Below the pieces are notes generated by a model. The model saw nothing but the letters and a program-made list of their open reading frames with translations. It was not told the origin of the DNA and searched no databases. The position numbers and the translations under genes are program-made. Positions 13,996 to 27,680 of a stretch of DNA of 64,000 nt are shown here, one piece after another; within the stretch, counting starts at the first letter, position 1; each line of letters opens with the position of its first letter. This DNA comes from Antedon mediterranea (Eukaryota; Animalia; Echinodermata): assembly GCF_964355755.1 (NCBI RefSeq), contig NC_092671.1, positions 34,544,304 through 34,608,303 of the forward strand, given 5' to 3'.

Positions 13996-16900
13996 TTTAA
14001 AAAAAAATGTTAATTTCTTTTAATTAATTTATTCTTATTTATTATACTATAAAATCTTCTAACAATGATTTAAGTTCGTTTTGACGATCTTTGTCTATTC
14101 CTGTACCTTTTTCTGAAATGTCTGTTGCTCCGAATATTGAAATCAAAATCAAATAGATTGAGTCAAGATCTTTCTCGTGGTCATGAAGAATTTCTGGACG
14201 ACTCACTAGTAAAGTTGACAGTCATTTAAACTGTAGTACTTTCATTTTAAACATTTTCGTACAAAGTTGAGACCACAAACATGGGCCACTTTAATTCCTT
14301 ATACAGAGTACCTTCTCGAGTAAACTACTTGTCACCATAACAACATACCTTGTTTGGTAGTCTCGGTCTTTTATTTAGAATCACTTTGGGAGCAACAAAC
14401 ATAATTTCAATTCTCAATTTTAAGGACACTATTTTGTTTTCGAATGGATTGACAATGTTTAATCATTTATTTTATATTTATTTTCTTTTTATTCAAATAT
14501 AAAATGGTGGTTTATTTGACTCGGTTTTGTTTTTAATTATATGAATGCGTGTATTCCATTTAATAATTATGCTTTAAGAAACGATAAACACACTTGAAAA
14601 CCTATAAGAAATGATACTACAGTGTAGCGCGCGCGTTATATAATAATGTCTCGACATGTAGACATGACTTATCAATGCCTGTCTTTGCTGTGCATTGGTG
14701 AACGGACAGTTTCGAATGATCTAAACTGGTTTAATATTAATAAACTGCGTTGTGATGAAACCATACCTAAGGTTGTCAGGAGTCGAAATATGGATTATTA
14801 AAAGGACCTTTATTTATGAAAATATGGATTTAAACAACAATCGCAAGGTAATCATATCATTATCATCCGCTGAGTGGAATTAGTGTTTAATTCACTTTTT
14901 TTTACATCTTTGCCGACTTAAAGCACTATTAACTTTCTACCAGTAAATCCCTTAAACTCCCATACAATGGCAAACCATCCCATGTGGTCACTGGGGACTA
15001 TTGTCTTTCCGCTACTAAAACTTGAAGCATCATATTATATTAATAACTCATGGATGTGAAATATGAAAGTTTCGGTTAATTTTTGCCGATTAAGCTATAC
15101 GACACGACGATCAAGGCGCCTGGAGTTTGTGTTGGTAGACCTTTCCAACTTCCGCGTTAGTGCGTAGATATCCCCCTCACTCGTTTTAAGCGCGAAGGTT
15201 GGAGACGTTAACATAAGATAAAGACGTGTAAATAATCGGTCGCATTGTAGAACGTGCCACTTGCACGCACTTACTCTTCTGTTAATCCGCCTATGAGAAG
15301 TTCACTGCAGAGTTCATAGTTATATATAGGCTAATGATTTTGCATTACTGTATATAAATATTAATTGACAATGTATTATTACTGATAAAGTTGTACCAAT
15401 CAGTTGTGTTTGTTTGTGCGATTGGTAACGGAAGAATAAAGATATTAATAGCACTTTACAGATCGTTAGATAGTGTTCCTATTAATTTAATACCGGTATA
15501 AATAATTTCGTATTTTTACTGGATAAAACTAATGAACTTCGCGGAGAAAAAAAACTTTGTGACCAAAAGGCTTACAGACGTAAGACATATATAAACATGT
15601 CTATACCATCTATTATGCAGTAAGTAATTTACCATAATCATATTTTAGTCAAAAATATACGCAACTATAACCAGTAGGCCTATTTTTTACAAAGACAATC
15701 AAACGGAATACTAAATCGCCCTAAGCCCAGTCTGCTACCAAAGATACAAAACCCGCAATAGACGAGCACACCGTGTCTCAGCATGCAGTTGGCTTTATCT
15801 GTATTATTATTTTTAATTAGTTCATATTCGGGCCTAGGCCTAATATAAATGTCGTAAAAAGTTGCGAATCTATCTACCAGAAAAAAGTTCTTACTGCAGC
15901 AGATGATCTGAAGAGCCATTTCATATCATTTTAAATCTTCATAAAGATGTCATGCCTCTTTTCTTCAAGTTTTCAAATACACTGAGTACCGGTACCTAAA
16001 AGAAACATCACATGTATTTTACTATGAAAAATAAATATATTGTTTAAGTTCTTTTATTTATCATACTACAAAGTATTGTAACTAGATGTTAATGTTTAAT
16101 ATTATTCATATTTCATCTTTTTTTAAATTGTTGCTAGGCGCTGTTTATCATTATTTTGTTGTTTTACAAAATTGATCGATTTATTATGAATGATTCGCTC
16201 TATTTTAACGCCACCTTCTTATCTTCAATTGCTACTTTATCTGACCATTTAATGTCATATTGGTATAAACTAATAATAAAACAAATATTGATACATTTAG
16301 TCTACTTTAGTTACTAAGATAATGAAAAATCCCTTTGTACGTTTTATGAAAAGATTAATACTATTCAAATTTATTTAATAATATTCTCTGTTATTTTTAC
16401 AAGACATTTGATTATGTACAACATGATGTTTTATGAACAGATGTTTAAATACTGTGCGAGGTATGAATAAGCAAAAAACAGGAAATAGACGGATTAGACT
16501 AGGTACGAAAAATGTTTTAAGAATTGTATAAAACTTGTTCAAAATGTAATAAAATCAATGACGACATTTCCTTATTTGGTAAAAATGACATTATATTTCA
16601 ATAATTGAAATAATACAAAAAAATGAAATTTTTAAAATCCGTTGCCAAACTGTTATTTAACTGTCGATATATTTGGTTTTAGAGTTTTTGTGTAAATTTA
16701 ATTACTTCAATGTTAATTGAATGCGAGGATTTTGATAAATAGTTATGATATGATCAATTTCAGACTAAATTTCATTAAATGATTTATTATGATAGTGATA
16801 TTATGATATAGCCTAAAGGCCTATATGATATACATAATAGTAAATGATTATTCTTAAAAAACGAAACATATTAACTCCGTTAAACACATTTAAGTCGGCC

Positions 16901-19900
16901 TACAAAAATATCAATAAATTTGTTCGGTGATACATCATGTGTTTAACATCGTCTAGTATCATAAACCTTAGCCTATCCCTTAACCTAACCTTCCATGATA
17001 CAGGCACCATATGAAACACAGTATCAAAGAATTTTCCTATGATACAGCACAAAATATGTAGTCGTTTGTGGAGATACAGCACTGTGAATCGAGTGTTCTA
17101 ATGTTCTCACTGTGGTTCTTAGTTTAATGTTCTTAATCTGACAAAAAAAATTACATTACTGTCACAATTAAAAGAGGATGTAGACGTAAAATGTTTTTAA
17201 TTAGATAATTTGAAGGATCTATACACATTAAGATCATTATCTAAAAACAACAAGAATTTAAATGGTTGATAGATCGATGAATATACAGTAGTAGTACAGT
17301 AGTAGTGCTCGAGTTTTGTAGGCATAGACGGTTTTATGATAATCTACTTTTAAAAAACTTAGGAGTAAATGTCTTTTTGCTATTTAAAATAAAGTCCGAT
17401 GCATAATTACGAAATAAAAAGTACTTAACAATTATTGTGTGGTATTGGCCAATTATTTTTACCGGTACCAAAATAAAAACACTTTAATTCAGAATGTTTT
17501 ACTGGTTTGTTCCATTTATATATTAACAAAAAACAACTGTGCAGTTCAGAATCTTTGTATACTCTTTTTGTGTGGACAGTTCATAATGATTTAAGTGTTA
17601 CTATAATAGTATAGTTGATTCTCCTTTTTTTGTATAATATTTAAATAGATATATTACAAAAACAACTACAAGTTTTTGAAACAAATAGAAAAGTAGAAAT
17701 AGATCATACATTTAGATTACCTCTTTTCGTTTCTATTTCAATGGTTGACTATTTTTTAACAATGATTCATCAAAAATAACAGCGGCTTAGACGGTTCAAG
17801 TTCAGCCAGAATTATTCTGAAAGCAAGCAATTTACAATTACAAAGTTTATCTAACGATTTAGCCCAATTTCCTGCTTGCCGTTTCAAGTAGGCTGGCTTG
17901 TCGAGTCAGGCTCCCTACAGGTCATAATTCGCTTACCCATACTCTCATAGACTGGGCTTAAGTCACGTTACGTAGCCAGCTACATATTAGTGTACACGAG
18001 AAAAGGGGCAAAATTAGTCGTACATGTCGTGCTAAGCACACCTCCGGGAATTACTGCTATCGATGAGTTTTCATTTCTCTAAATCTTGCTAAGATAAATG
18101 TTGTTTTTTGCGAAAACCGTTAACTTGTCTTAAAAGTGTAGTTGGAATGAAGGTCACGGGGTCAAGTCGACACTACATCCATCAAATTCACAAAAACATG
18201 ACTATGTGTTTTTTGATATTTTATGATTAATATTAAATGAATAAACATAAGTACACGTTTTTATTTTATTCCATTAAAAAAGCTTTTTTTTAATACAGAA
18301 AATATGCAAATACGCACGGAGTAACATTGGCACCCGGGCTAATCCACTCAGAGATCTGTTGATATATTTTAAATTAAGAAATTAGTTAAGTTGATAGAAT
18401 ATTCATGACAGAATAACAATTTAATGCCAATAAAATGTCCTTGTTTTAAGTAGGAATGACAGATTGTCCCAGACAATCAATTATTAACTTTTAAATTATT
18501 CGTATTTTTTAACCAGATTTACTTGGATTTCTCACTTTCATTGTTTGAATTCCTAAAACGACCTCGGTGTGATCGACATTAAACGAATTTTTACCGAAAA
18601 ATAGCAATCATAAACCAACAATGCTAAAGTATACATACGGTAAAAGAAAAGCAACACATTTATCTATTGAAAAGGACGTAAACAAGAAATTAAATAACAA
18701 AATTGTGGTGGTTTTATTATAATTGTGAAATACTGGAAAATTATTAGCAGAAGGCTAACGAGTAAAAATATACCACCGGATTTATAAAAAAAACCTAATT
18801 ATCTTTTCAAATAAAAACACGTAATCAACATCTACTTTTAAAAATGTATACGTATCATCTAAACTAATAATATAAAAAATATAATAATTACAGATTAAAT
18901 TTTATTATTTATAGATATAGATATATTGTCCCCTGACAACTACTAATACATTTTGTTGGATAGGCCATTTTAATGTTACATAATAATTATTTATTTTGAC
19001 CTAAACTTTATTTACCTGTAATAATTATTATTATCGTACTCTGTACTTTGACATAAATTGGATCGAAAAAATGTAATTATTTGATAAGCAAAAAATATTA
19101 TTAAACCGGAAGCCCATTTTCAGGTTAAAGGTTACCGTTTTGCTTTTTTCTATAATCGAAATTATTACTTTTGTAACATTATAAAAACTACAAAATGGAA
19201 CTATGAATCTAGAACTTAACATATCAAGTAAAATTTTCTTTGACTTTGATCTGTGGCATAGTAAATGGAGGGAACTGAAGTGCAAAGTATAGTTCTTTGA
19301 AATCTGTTAGGCCTACCCGTTAAAAGAAAACAAACACAGTTAATTACTAAAATAAAGTCAATTTAGGACATGGCTGACACTATGATATCATTATTAAGTC
19401 TTTCAATTGGCGTCGAATCTATACCCTATCGCCAACCCCTAATTGACTGCTTTACCAGTAACTAACATGCCGCTTTGTAAAGAAGACTTAAACATAACAA
19501 TTAGAATCTAAAAAGTTAACAGAGAAAAGCTGGGAAGATTATAGCAGACGGGACAGCCTTTCAAATGGCCATCCTTTTGTGTGACTCCACAGTTATCTAC
19601 TTTCAATAGAACCCACTTTCCAAAATTATCTCAATACATGCAGCCGTATTTGTCCTTTTTAAAACCTGGTGTCCTGGAGTTAAGTAATTATAACCGCCCA
19701 CAAATACACATTTTCTAGTTGGTAATTTAATCAATTAAACAACATTATCATTAAATGGTATTGTTTGGATTGTGCATTTTCCTTTTGTTCTTTTGCAATA
19801 ATTGTGAATGTTACTGCTAAAGTTTGGTTTACGTTAGAACACAAAGCAATTCAAGAAAATTAACCAATCGAAACCGACAAATCATCCAAATTGTCGCTTG

Positions 19901-22900
19901 GTTCAAACTATTTGCGTTGCGCATGTTCTTGTGTAGTAATTAAGATCCATACTATGACGCAACGTAAGCGTAACAAGAGTAACTTCATCAATCACAAATC
20001 ACACTAATTGTCAACTGTGATTGGTCAAACTACTTGCGTTGCGCGTATGTCCTTGTGTTGCGCCCACGGTGTGACTTCAACTTAAATTAAAGTTCTTAAA
20101 CACAATTATTAGCAGAAAAACGATTTCTCCAAGTGTCCGGTTGTGATTGGTCAGATTACAGCGTTGCGCGTACAATCATGTGGCCAGGCCAACGATGTGA
20201 AGGCGGCTTGTGGGATGCATACCAATCTATTAAAAAATCGCGTGAAGCATGTACAATTATGATTTAATTGTTTTTGAAACTTTGGAAAAATTAAGTTCAA
20301 TTATTAGTAATACTACTCAATCACGAAGGTTTTAATGTATTTATTTTTTGATGACCATTGAGGACCCATCTTGATAGTAGCCACTTCTACCGTCCTACAT
20401 CCGTTTTTAAGTCACAAAGTTACAACCAATACGTAATTGAAATTCCACAATACTCGCCAATGCTACAAACTTCCAAAAATAGCAAAAAGAAGAAAAACGT
20501 GTGTAAAGTGAAAAATAATTGAAGATCAATAGACACCGGTCTTTATAAAAACACACAATAACAGATTAAGAAACAAAAACCACACAAATGAAAATAACTT
20601 CTTTAAAAAGTACTTTGAATATTAAAATTGTTTGAACTATTCAACTTACATGAAATCAACGACGGGTGTGTATTTAAAATAGTGTTATTTACTTTTAAAA
20701 TACAGAATGTACTATTCATAATGCTTACGGCAACGTACTTTGTCCCACTTTGATGATTATTGCTAATTAAACGCACAAACTATTCAGGTTTTGAGAATCA
20801 TTTTAATTAATACCAACAATCATTAATGACCTTCTTTATAATCGCTGACGTTAAATCACGTTACGTTTGGGCAGATCGCCTAACTCGTCCCGATAATAAA
20901 CAAATACTGTATAAAAAAACTAACAGTAACCAAATGATGTTAAACTCTATGTTCAATCATAATTCTGCTATAAAACGTTCAGTTTTAACGTATTTATTAA
21001 TGGGCCTATATGCATTAGGCCTATTATAATATAGCATACAGTCATGTAGTCATAATCCATATTGCAATGGTTTCCTTCAATTTCAACCTTTTTGAAAAGG
21101 CTTGCATTAGACCTACTATATTAATAACTGTATGTATTGTACATTAGGCCTATATTTATATTTTTATTCAAGGAATTATTCTTAATTAACGTTCTTGTAT
21201 TAAAAAATAAACAATGATTATTACAACCGATATAGCAATTTGTTTATTGATATAAATGTCTTATTTATAACGAAATATTTAAAAATGTTTCTACGCATAA
21301 ATAATAAATCTACTGATGATATATGTAATTTATATTAAAATAACAATTTGATCTAAATTGTCAAAATAAACCTTAATTTTGTGTTGCCATATTCTAAAAA
21401 CAACGCCATTAACATCCAATTTATACTGGATACTACAATTATTGTTTTGTTATAATGTAATATGTTATAACAAAATATACAGAACGAATAATCGCCTACT
21501 TAAAATAACAAACAATTAAAGAAATGCCAACTGATTTTTTTTTAATCATAGACAAATATCCGTGCTTTAACTCCTACAAAGTTTTCTTTGCCATTCCATC
21601 TGCTTTCCGCACCCCCTCCTGTTATTGTACTCTACTGTATACACATTAACATGATATGGAGGTATACGGTACATATTTTGTAACCAATGAAAACAGTTTC
21701 ATTTTATTCCAGTGCGATTGGTTTTTCGACATTGATAATAACAAACACTAACAACTACTGAACTATATGCATATGCGGCTTTTCTAATTTCTTTTAAACA
21801 TTAACTTTTTATTAAACTTTGCCTTCCACATATTTTATTTATTCGGTTTGTTTTATTTTTAAACATTTTCTTAATTAAATTTTATACCCCTTTTTTCATA
21901 AATACAAATTTTAATATCCCTCAATATAAAAAATATATATTTTTAGAGTTTTATGGTACAACAAACGGAATCAGAAAAATATAATTATATTATAATATTA
22001 TGATTATAACAATGTTCCCATTATGTTTCATGATAAAAGGAATAAACAGATAATATTAATAAAGAGTTATTTCTACTGTATGTATCTACTGGCCAGCGTT
22101 ATTTATCCCAGTTTAAAGGAAAGTGGTTATTCGTTTAGGCCTCTTTTTGGTACAGAACAAAATAGTACACAAAGACGATCATAACAATAAGTATTCTAGG
22201 ATGGGAGTATACGAATTCTTAATTATTCAATCAAAGTCATGTTATTCACTAAACAAATCAGATTATTGTTAAAAACATCTTGTACCATCGATCCAACAAT
22301 ACTTAAAAGTTAACCTATCAATAGAGGGCGCGGTAATTAATCGAACTTACAACCGTTAGTCTAAAAAACATGAAAAGCCTAATAACATAATTACTTAATC
22401 ACTTAATATGATGCAGTACAAAGTCATCCCAATTACAATCAACCAGATTGTGTTAAGGACCGTAATTCCTTTAAGTCGCCTAACATTAGGCCTGTTAATT
22501 CTGTCCAATTGTGGTAACAACAATGACTTTATTCATTCATTGGCACTTAAACAAATCCTACATCTAATAACATTATTTAGGCCTACTACTTAATGGAGTC
22601 AGTCTACTACGTTTATTCTACTTAACTATTACTACGTGCTCAATTTAATTTTTCTTCGCTACTATGAACGTTTTATTTTTTTGGAAAATGAGTGTCAAAT
22701 TTGAATTTTTTTTTTCTTGGTTCCGGCTCGATAAAACGACAAATTGGCGAGTGAAATATGCAAAGTTAAGAATGGTTGATTCCTATAAAGTTTCATAGGG
22801 ATGTATGCTTTTTACTAGACTACTCTTATAAGTGTGGGTAAAACATATGTATGAATGAAACCCGGAATAATTAAATTTAATTGAAATTCATTGAAATATC

Positions 22901-23835
22901 AGGATGTTTGGTGTGAATAATTAAACTTATTCATCACTTTTTTTATAGTTTTATTTTGCAACTTGTAAAACTTTTTTATTTTTTTATATTGGGTCTTCTT
23001 TTGTCTGGAAACTTCCTGTATTTTTGATCATTAAAGTCATCAATACAAAACAACTTCGATTGATTCGATATGAGGTCAAAACCAAGTTATATGTCAATGA
23101 CTTGTTAATGATTGTTCTATAGTAGTTTATCTGACCTGTGTCATTATTGTCCAACGAGAATCTTGCTGATAATTAATTAATTAATTCTTTTTTTTTTTCC
23201 TTTTTTTGGTCAAAATCATTCCAACTGAAGCATTATTATAAATCATTATATCATAGTCTCTAAACCCAACTTAAAAAAACAATTAAATATGGCACGTTCT
23301 ACAATAAAAACAAAAGAATGTGACCGGTCGTTATACCGGGTATGTGTAATAATGGAATACTACGGTAAATAATCATCTATTAGGGCTAATACAATAGTGT
23401 TTTTCGATATTTCAAACGAAAAATAAACACGAAGTTTTTTATAAAAGCGTCACTCAGGGACGGTCAACGCTGACCTTCGTAGACACAGGTCAACCCCCTC
23501 CTCTCAATAAACATAATTGTCAACAACAACGGAAAAATAACTTTGAGGCGGACGGCTGTAGCCCCAGGCTACACGTACGTGTTAGGGTTTAGTTGTCTAG
23601 TAGGCCAACGAACTTATGACACCGCCCATATACACGCTACCGACTATAAATTCTATTGTTAGAATCGACTAAAATAACTCCTTTTGACTAGAAGATAAAA
23701 TCAATAGGCGATAATAATAGGAATAAAGGGGTTATGAAATGACCTTAACATTGCTTAATATACACACGTACACACACATGTGAAAGGGAATTATTATTTA
23801 TATTAAGCTAGCTTGCCAGTTGTCTGTTGTCGTTA

Positions 23836-24115
23836 AGCTTGTTCCCAATTTCACTTCAGCACAACGCAAGTGAGTTGACCAATCACAAGCGACAGTTCGG
23901 GCGAACCGTCTTGATTGGTCAGAAAACTTGTGGTGCGCTTACGTTCTTGCGTTGCTCCTTCTTCGTATGTACTTGCGCTACGTCGACCAACGCAAGGACG
24001 CAAACGCAACGTAATGCTTGGTTTCCACTAGAGACGCAACACAAGGACGTAACGAAACGTAAGTGATTTGACCAATCACAAGCGATGGATAATTTGACTT
24101 ACGTTTAAGCTGAAC
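23836..24115. mobile_element. MITE-like repeat with ACGCAAC/CCAATCACAAGCGA motifs
   Basis: Internal inverted GACCAATCA/TGATTGGTC motifs; related array at ~19860-20210. Confidence 0.45.
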
Positions 24116-24120
24116 CACGC

Positions 24121-24600
24121 TTTGTTTGCTTTGTTTGATTTATTAGTTTCTCCACACATTTTAAAATAAAAGATAAAAATTACAAATTGCAAAAAGAAAA
24201 TTACAATAAACAAGAAAAACATCAAAAATGTGCGGATGGAGGTCAAAATAAGTTGCGGACAACTTTAAGTCGTGACCACCAGTTAAAAAAAATAAAAAAT
24301 AATGAAGGTGTACAATAGCAGTCCGGCTTACATTAAAAATACAGAAGCTTAAATTGCTAAGACAATAGTACAATTACAAGATGAACAAAATGATAAGGTG
24401 TTCAATTCAATTAAGCGAAAAAGAAAGGAAACAAGAAGAACAAGAACAGAAGATTTAGCTGCCATATGCTGCGACCAAAGACTTTTTTAGGTTGGATTTG
24501 AACAAAGGTAGATTAGGAAGAGATTTTAATGAAATACTTAATAAATTCCATAATTTTGGACCATTATAAAAAATCGATTTTCTTCTTAAATGAAATAATA
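24121..24600 (-). mobile_element. 5'-truncated LINE relic (ORF2 C-terminus + 3' UTR + (CAAA)n tail)
   Basis: Minus frame RRKSIFYNGPKLWNLLSISLKSLPNLPLFKSNLKKSLVAAYGS-stop (stop 24455-24457); 3' UTR nearly identical to 34705-34952. Confidence 0.75.
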
Positions 24601-27514
24601 TGATTTGGTAAAGAGTGATTTGTTAGACGATACATAAAAATATAAGTTTGTAATTTGTGTAATACTGGAACGCAACGCAACGTGCTCGCGTTGACTCTCT
24701 ATTATCTGTGTGTTAAGTGTAACTCCGATAAAACTCCAATGTTACGTCCGATAAAACTCCGGTGTACGTCCGATACAACTCCGATGTACCATACATCTCC
24801 GATACGCATCAGATTTACATCCGATGTACGGTAACGTTATAAAACAATTTAAACCGATTGATTGACTAAATGCAACTATCTCCAATAGAGAAAAAACATG
24901 TAAGCATGTCACAAAAGTGGCACTGAAGTGTAGCTTGTTGGTTTACATACCTACCTTAAAACTCCGGGTTCAGTTCCTGTTCGTACGTTAGTATATTGAT
25001 TTTGAATCTGTACTGAAAATTAATGATTTAATATAAACAGTTTCTTTCCTAGAAATATAATGAAAATACATTGACGGAAATAAAATGACAAATTACAGCT
25101 TCTCGTTACTGTCTGTAATATTGTGTAGTAGGCCTATCATAGACAAAGTCTGTGCTACAGTGTCACATAATGTCATATGTAATGCCTGTATCATGGGCCA
25201 TACGCCTAACTTTACCCTAGCATTTTGTAGTTTTATTGATTTAATACCATCCTTTTTTTAGAGTGCCCATATCCAGCTCCAGTGAAGGAGCTGATAACCA
25301 AGGCCTACCGTACATTAAAAGTTAAAATCGTTAAAATTGTTGATGAATAAAAAATAAATTTATCTAGCATGCAAGAAATCGTTTGAGTTGAAGTTTAAAA
25401 GAGTTGGTATCAGTAGTATTATGTTATTAACATAATACGACGTCACATGTGATAGTAACTCTGTATTACAGAATTTGCTTATGATACTAGACATAATGCC
25501 ATGTGGAGATCAGGTGTAAATAAAACAAAACAATCTTCTGGTAAAAGGTGTATTAAGATAGTAACCAGAATATGATAATCATACAAATTTATTACATCAA
25601 AATAATTTGGGAGTTCAAGAGATCCATACGTGTGGATAGGGTGTAAATGAAAAAAAAATGGCTTTTGAATCTTCTGGTAAAAGGTGTATTTAGATAGTAA
25701 GATGATAGTCATACACATTTATTACATAAATAAAAATAATTTAGTATAGGATAAGCATCGAGAAAATCGTTAGAAGGAGCTAATAGCAATAACCCAGTGC
25801 GACCTTCGGTGGCAAATTGATATAAAACGACTCAATTCACTAGATCAGTAAATAACGTTGTTAACAAACATTTACATTATCAACTAATTGTGCCATTTAC
25901 TGCAGTAATTATTATGTCACTTTGAAAGACCTCAATTGAAGAATAGAGATAAAGGGAGAACAGTCAGTGCACTAATTCAATATTTTAAGGCCTTGGGTTG
26001 TGGTTAGAGAAAAAGAGCTGTGCTTTAAAAATATAATATCACTAGTAATTATTAATAGTAAAATGAACTACACTTTTGTCAAGCTCAAATAATAAAACAT
26101 TTGGAGATACGCAATGCTGTGTAACAGTGGAGAAAACAATTATGAAGATGTTGAACTATCAAATATTACGGATTAGAATGTATTGATCATGCTATTTAAT
26201 GTATAAACTAAATGAGTGGTTTACGCCACAAAAGAAAACAAAGTTTTAGGTTCGTACTTTGCTTAAAAGTGGCAATAACTACATCGCGGGCGAGGGCAAT
26301 AGGTATATTTTCTATTTTGCCGTGATCCGTGGTCACGGGACTTTTCAGAATAAATATTTATCCAAATCATTATATCATCTATATTTGTGTTTCATTCTCA
26401 GTCTCACACACACACACATAGAGCAAGCCTGACTAAAAAAATACATCATCTATCTGAATATTTTAACATCAGCATTGATCTAGCGATTTTCTGCAACAAA
26501 AAAGAAATCAAGAAAGTTACATAGAAAAGATTGAAAAATGTTCCTTATTTCTTGGTATCCTCTTATCTATACGGTATTGTGGTTTTAGAACCCCAGTTTG
26601 GTATCGTGCACATCCTATCATTAACTTTATCTTATAATGGATTATTTTGTTTATTTTTATTTGTCAATTTGACGAAAGAAAGAAGTTTATTTTTGTTCTC
26701 TCACTTAAATTAAATAATTAAATATATTAATTATCTGGAGGACCAAACTTAAAGCCTTGGCTTAATGCGTCCTCCTCACACAATTGTTTTTATTAATTTA
26801 TGTTACTGTTCTATTGTATTGTATTGTGTGAAACAATAAACTTGAAACTTGAAAACTTAATCATAACAGAAATGTCAAACAATTTAAATAATTGTTAATA
26901 TACCAAAGTATAGAACAACAATTCAACAAATTATAATTCTTACTTGTTACTTACTATAAAATGAAAAAAAAATGTTACAGTTAATTAACTGCAGGTTAAT
27001 TAATTTTTTTCACAGCATTTGATTTGTTAATATCACTGCATAATTTCTATTGGTAGTACAATATTGTTATTATTATCGTTACAATTTTTATTGTACATAT
27101 TGCTGATTTTATTTATCTATTTATTAAAAAATTATTAATTTAAATGGGCTTTGCGTCTAAAGCTTTTGCTACAGCTTAACCCCATTCACAACTTCAAATA
27201 ATTTTGTATTTACTTTTTATTAAATAATATTCAAAAATATAATTATTATTTATGTTTACTTTTAATTTGAGATTGTGAATAAAGTTATCACGATAAATTG
27301 CCTCGTGATCTAAACGAATATGTAACACTTATCACCCATTCACATGAAACTAGACAAAAATGTAAGGAAAATCTATACAAACCTAAGGCAAATAGTACAT
27401 CCGGCCAATTTTCCATTACCTGTATAGGCACGAAAATATTATATATACATTTTAAAACCAAAGTCATAGAACTCCTGTTGGAGTCATAAAATTTATGAGT
27501 AAATGTATGGCATT

Positions 27515-27680
27515 AATATATACATGTTTGTATGTGTATGTATATACAATTGAAACGGAATGATGTATGTGTGTATGTATGTATATATATATATATATAA
27601 TTTACAGTATGATTTATATATATATATATATACATCTATTATTATTATTACTATTATACTATTATACTATTATTTATTAG
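27515..27680. repeat. (TA)n/(TGTA)n/(ATT)n low-complexity microsatellite region
   Basis: Direct reading. Confidence 0.7.
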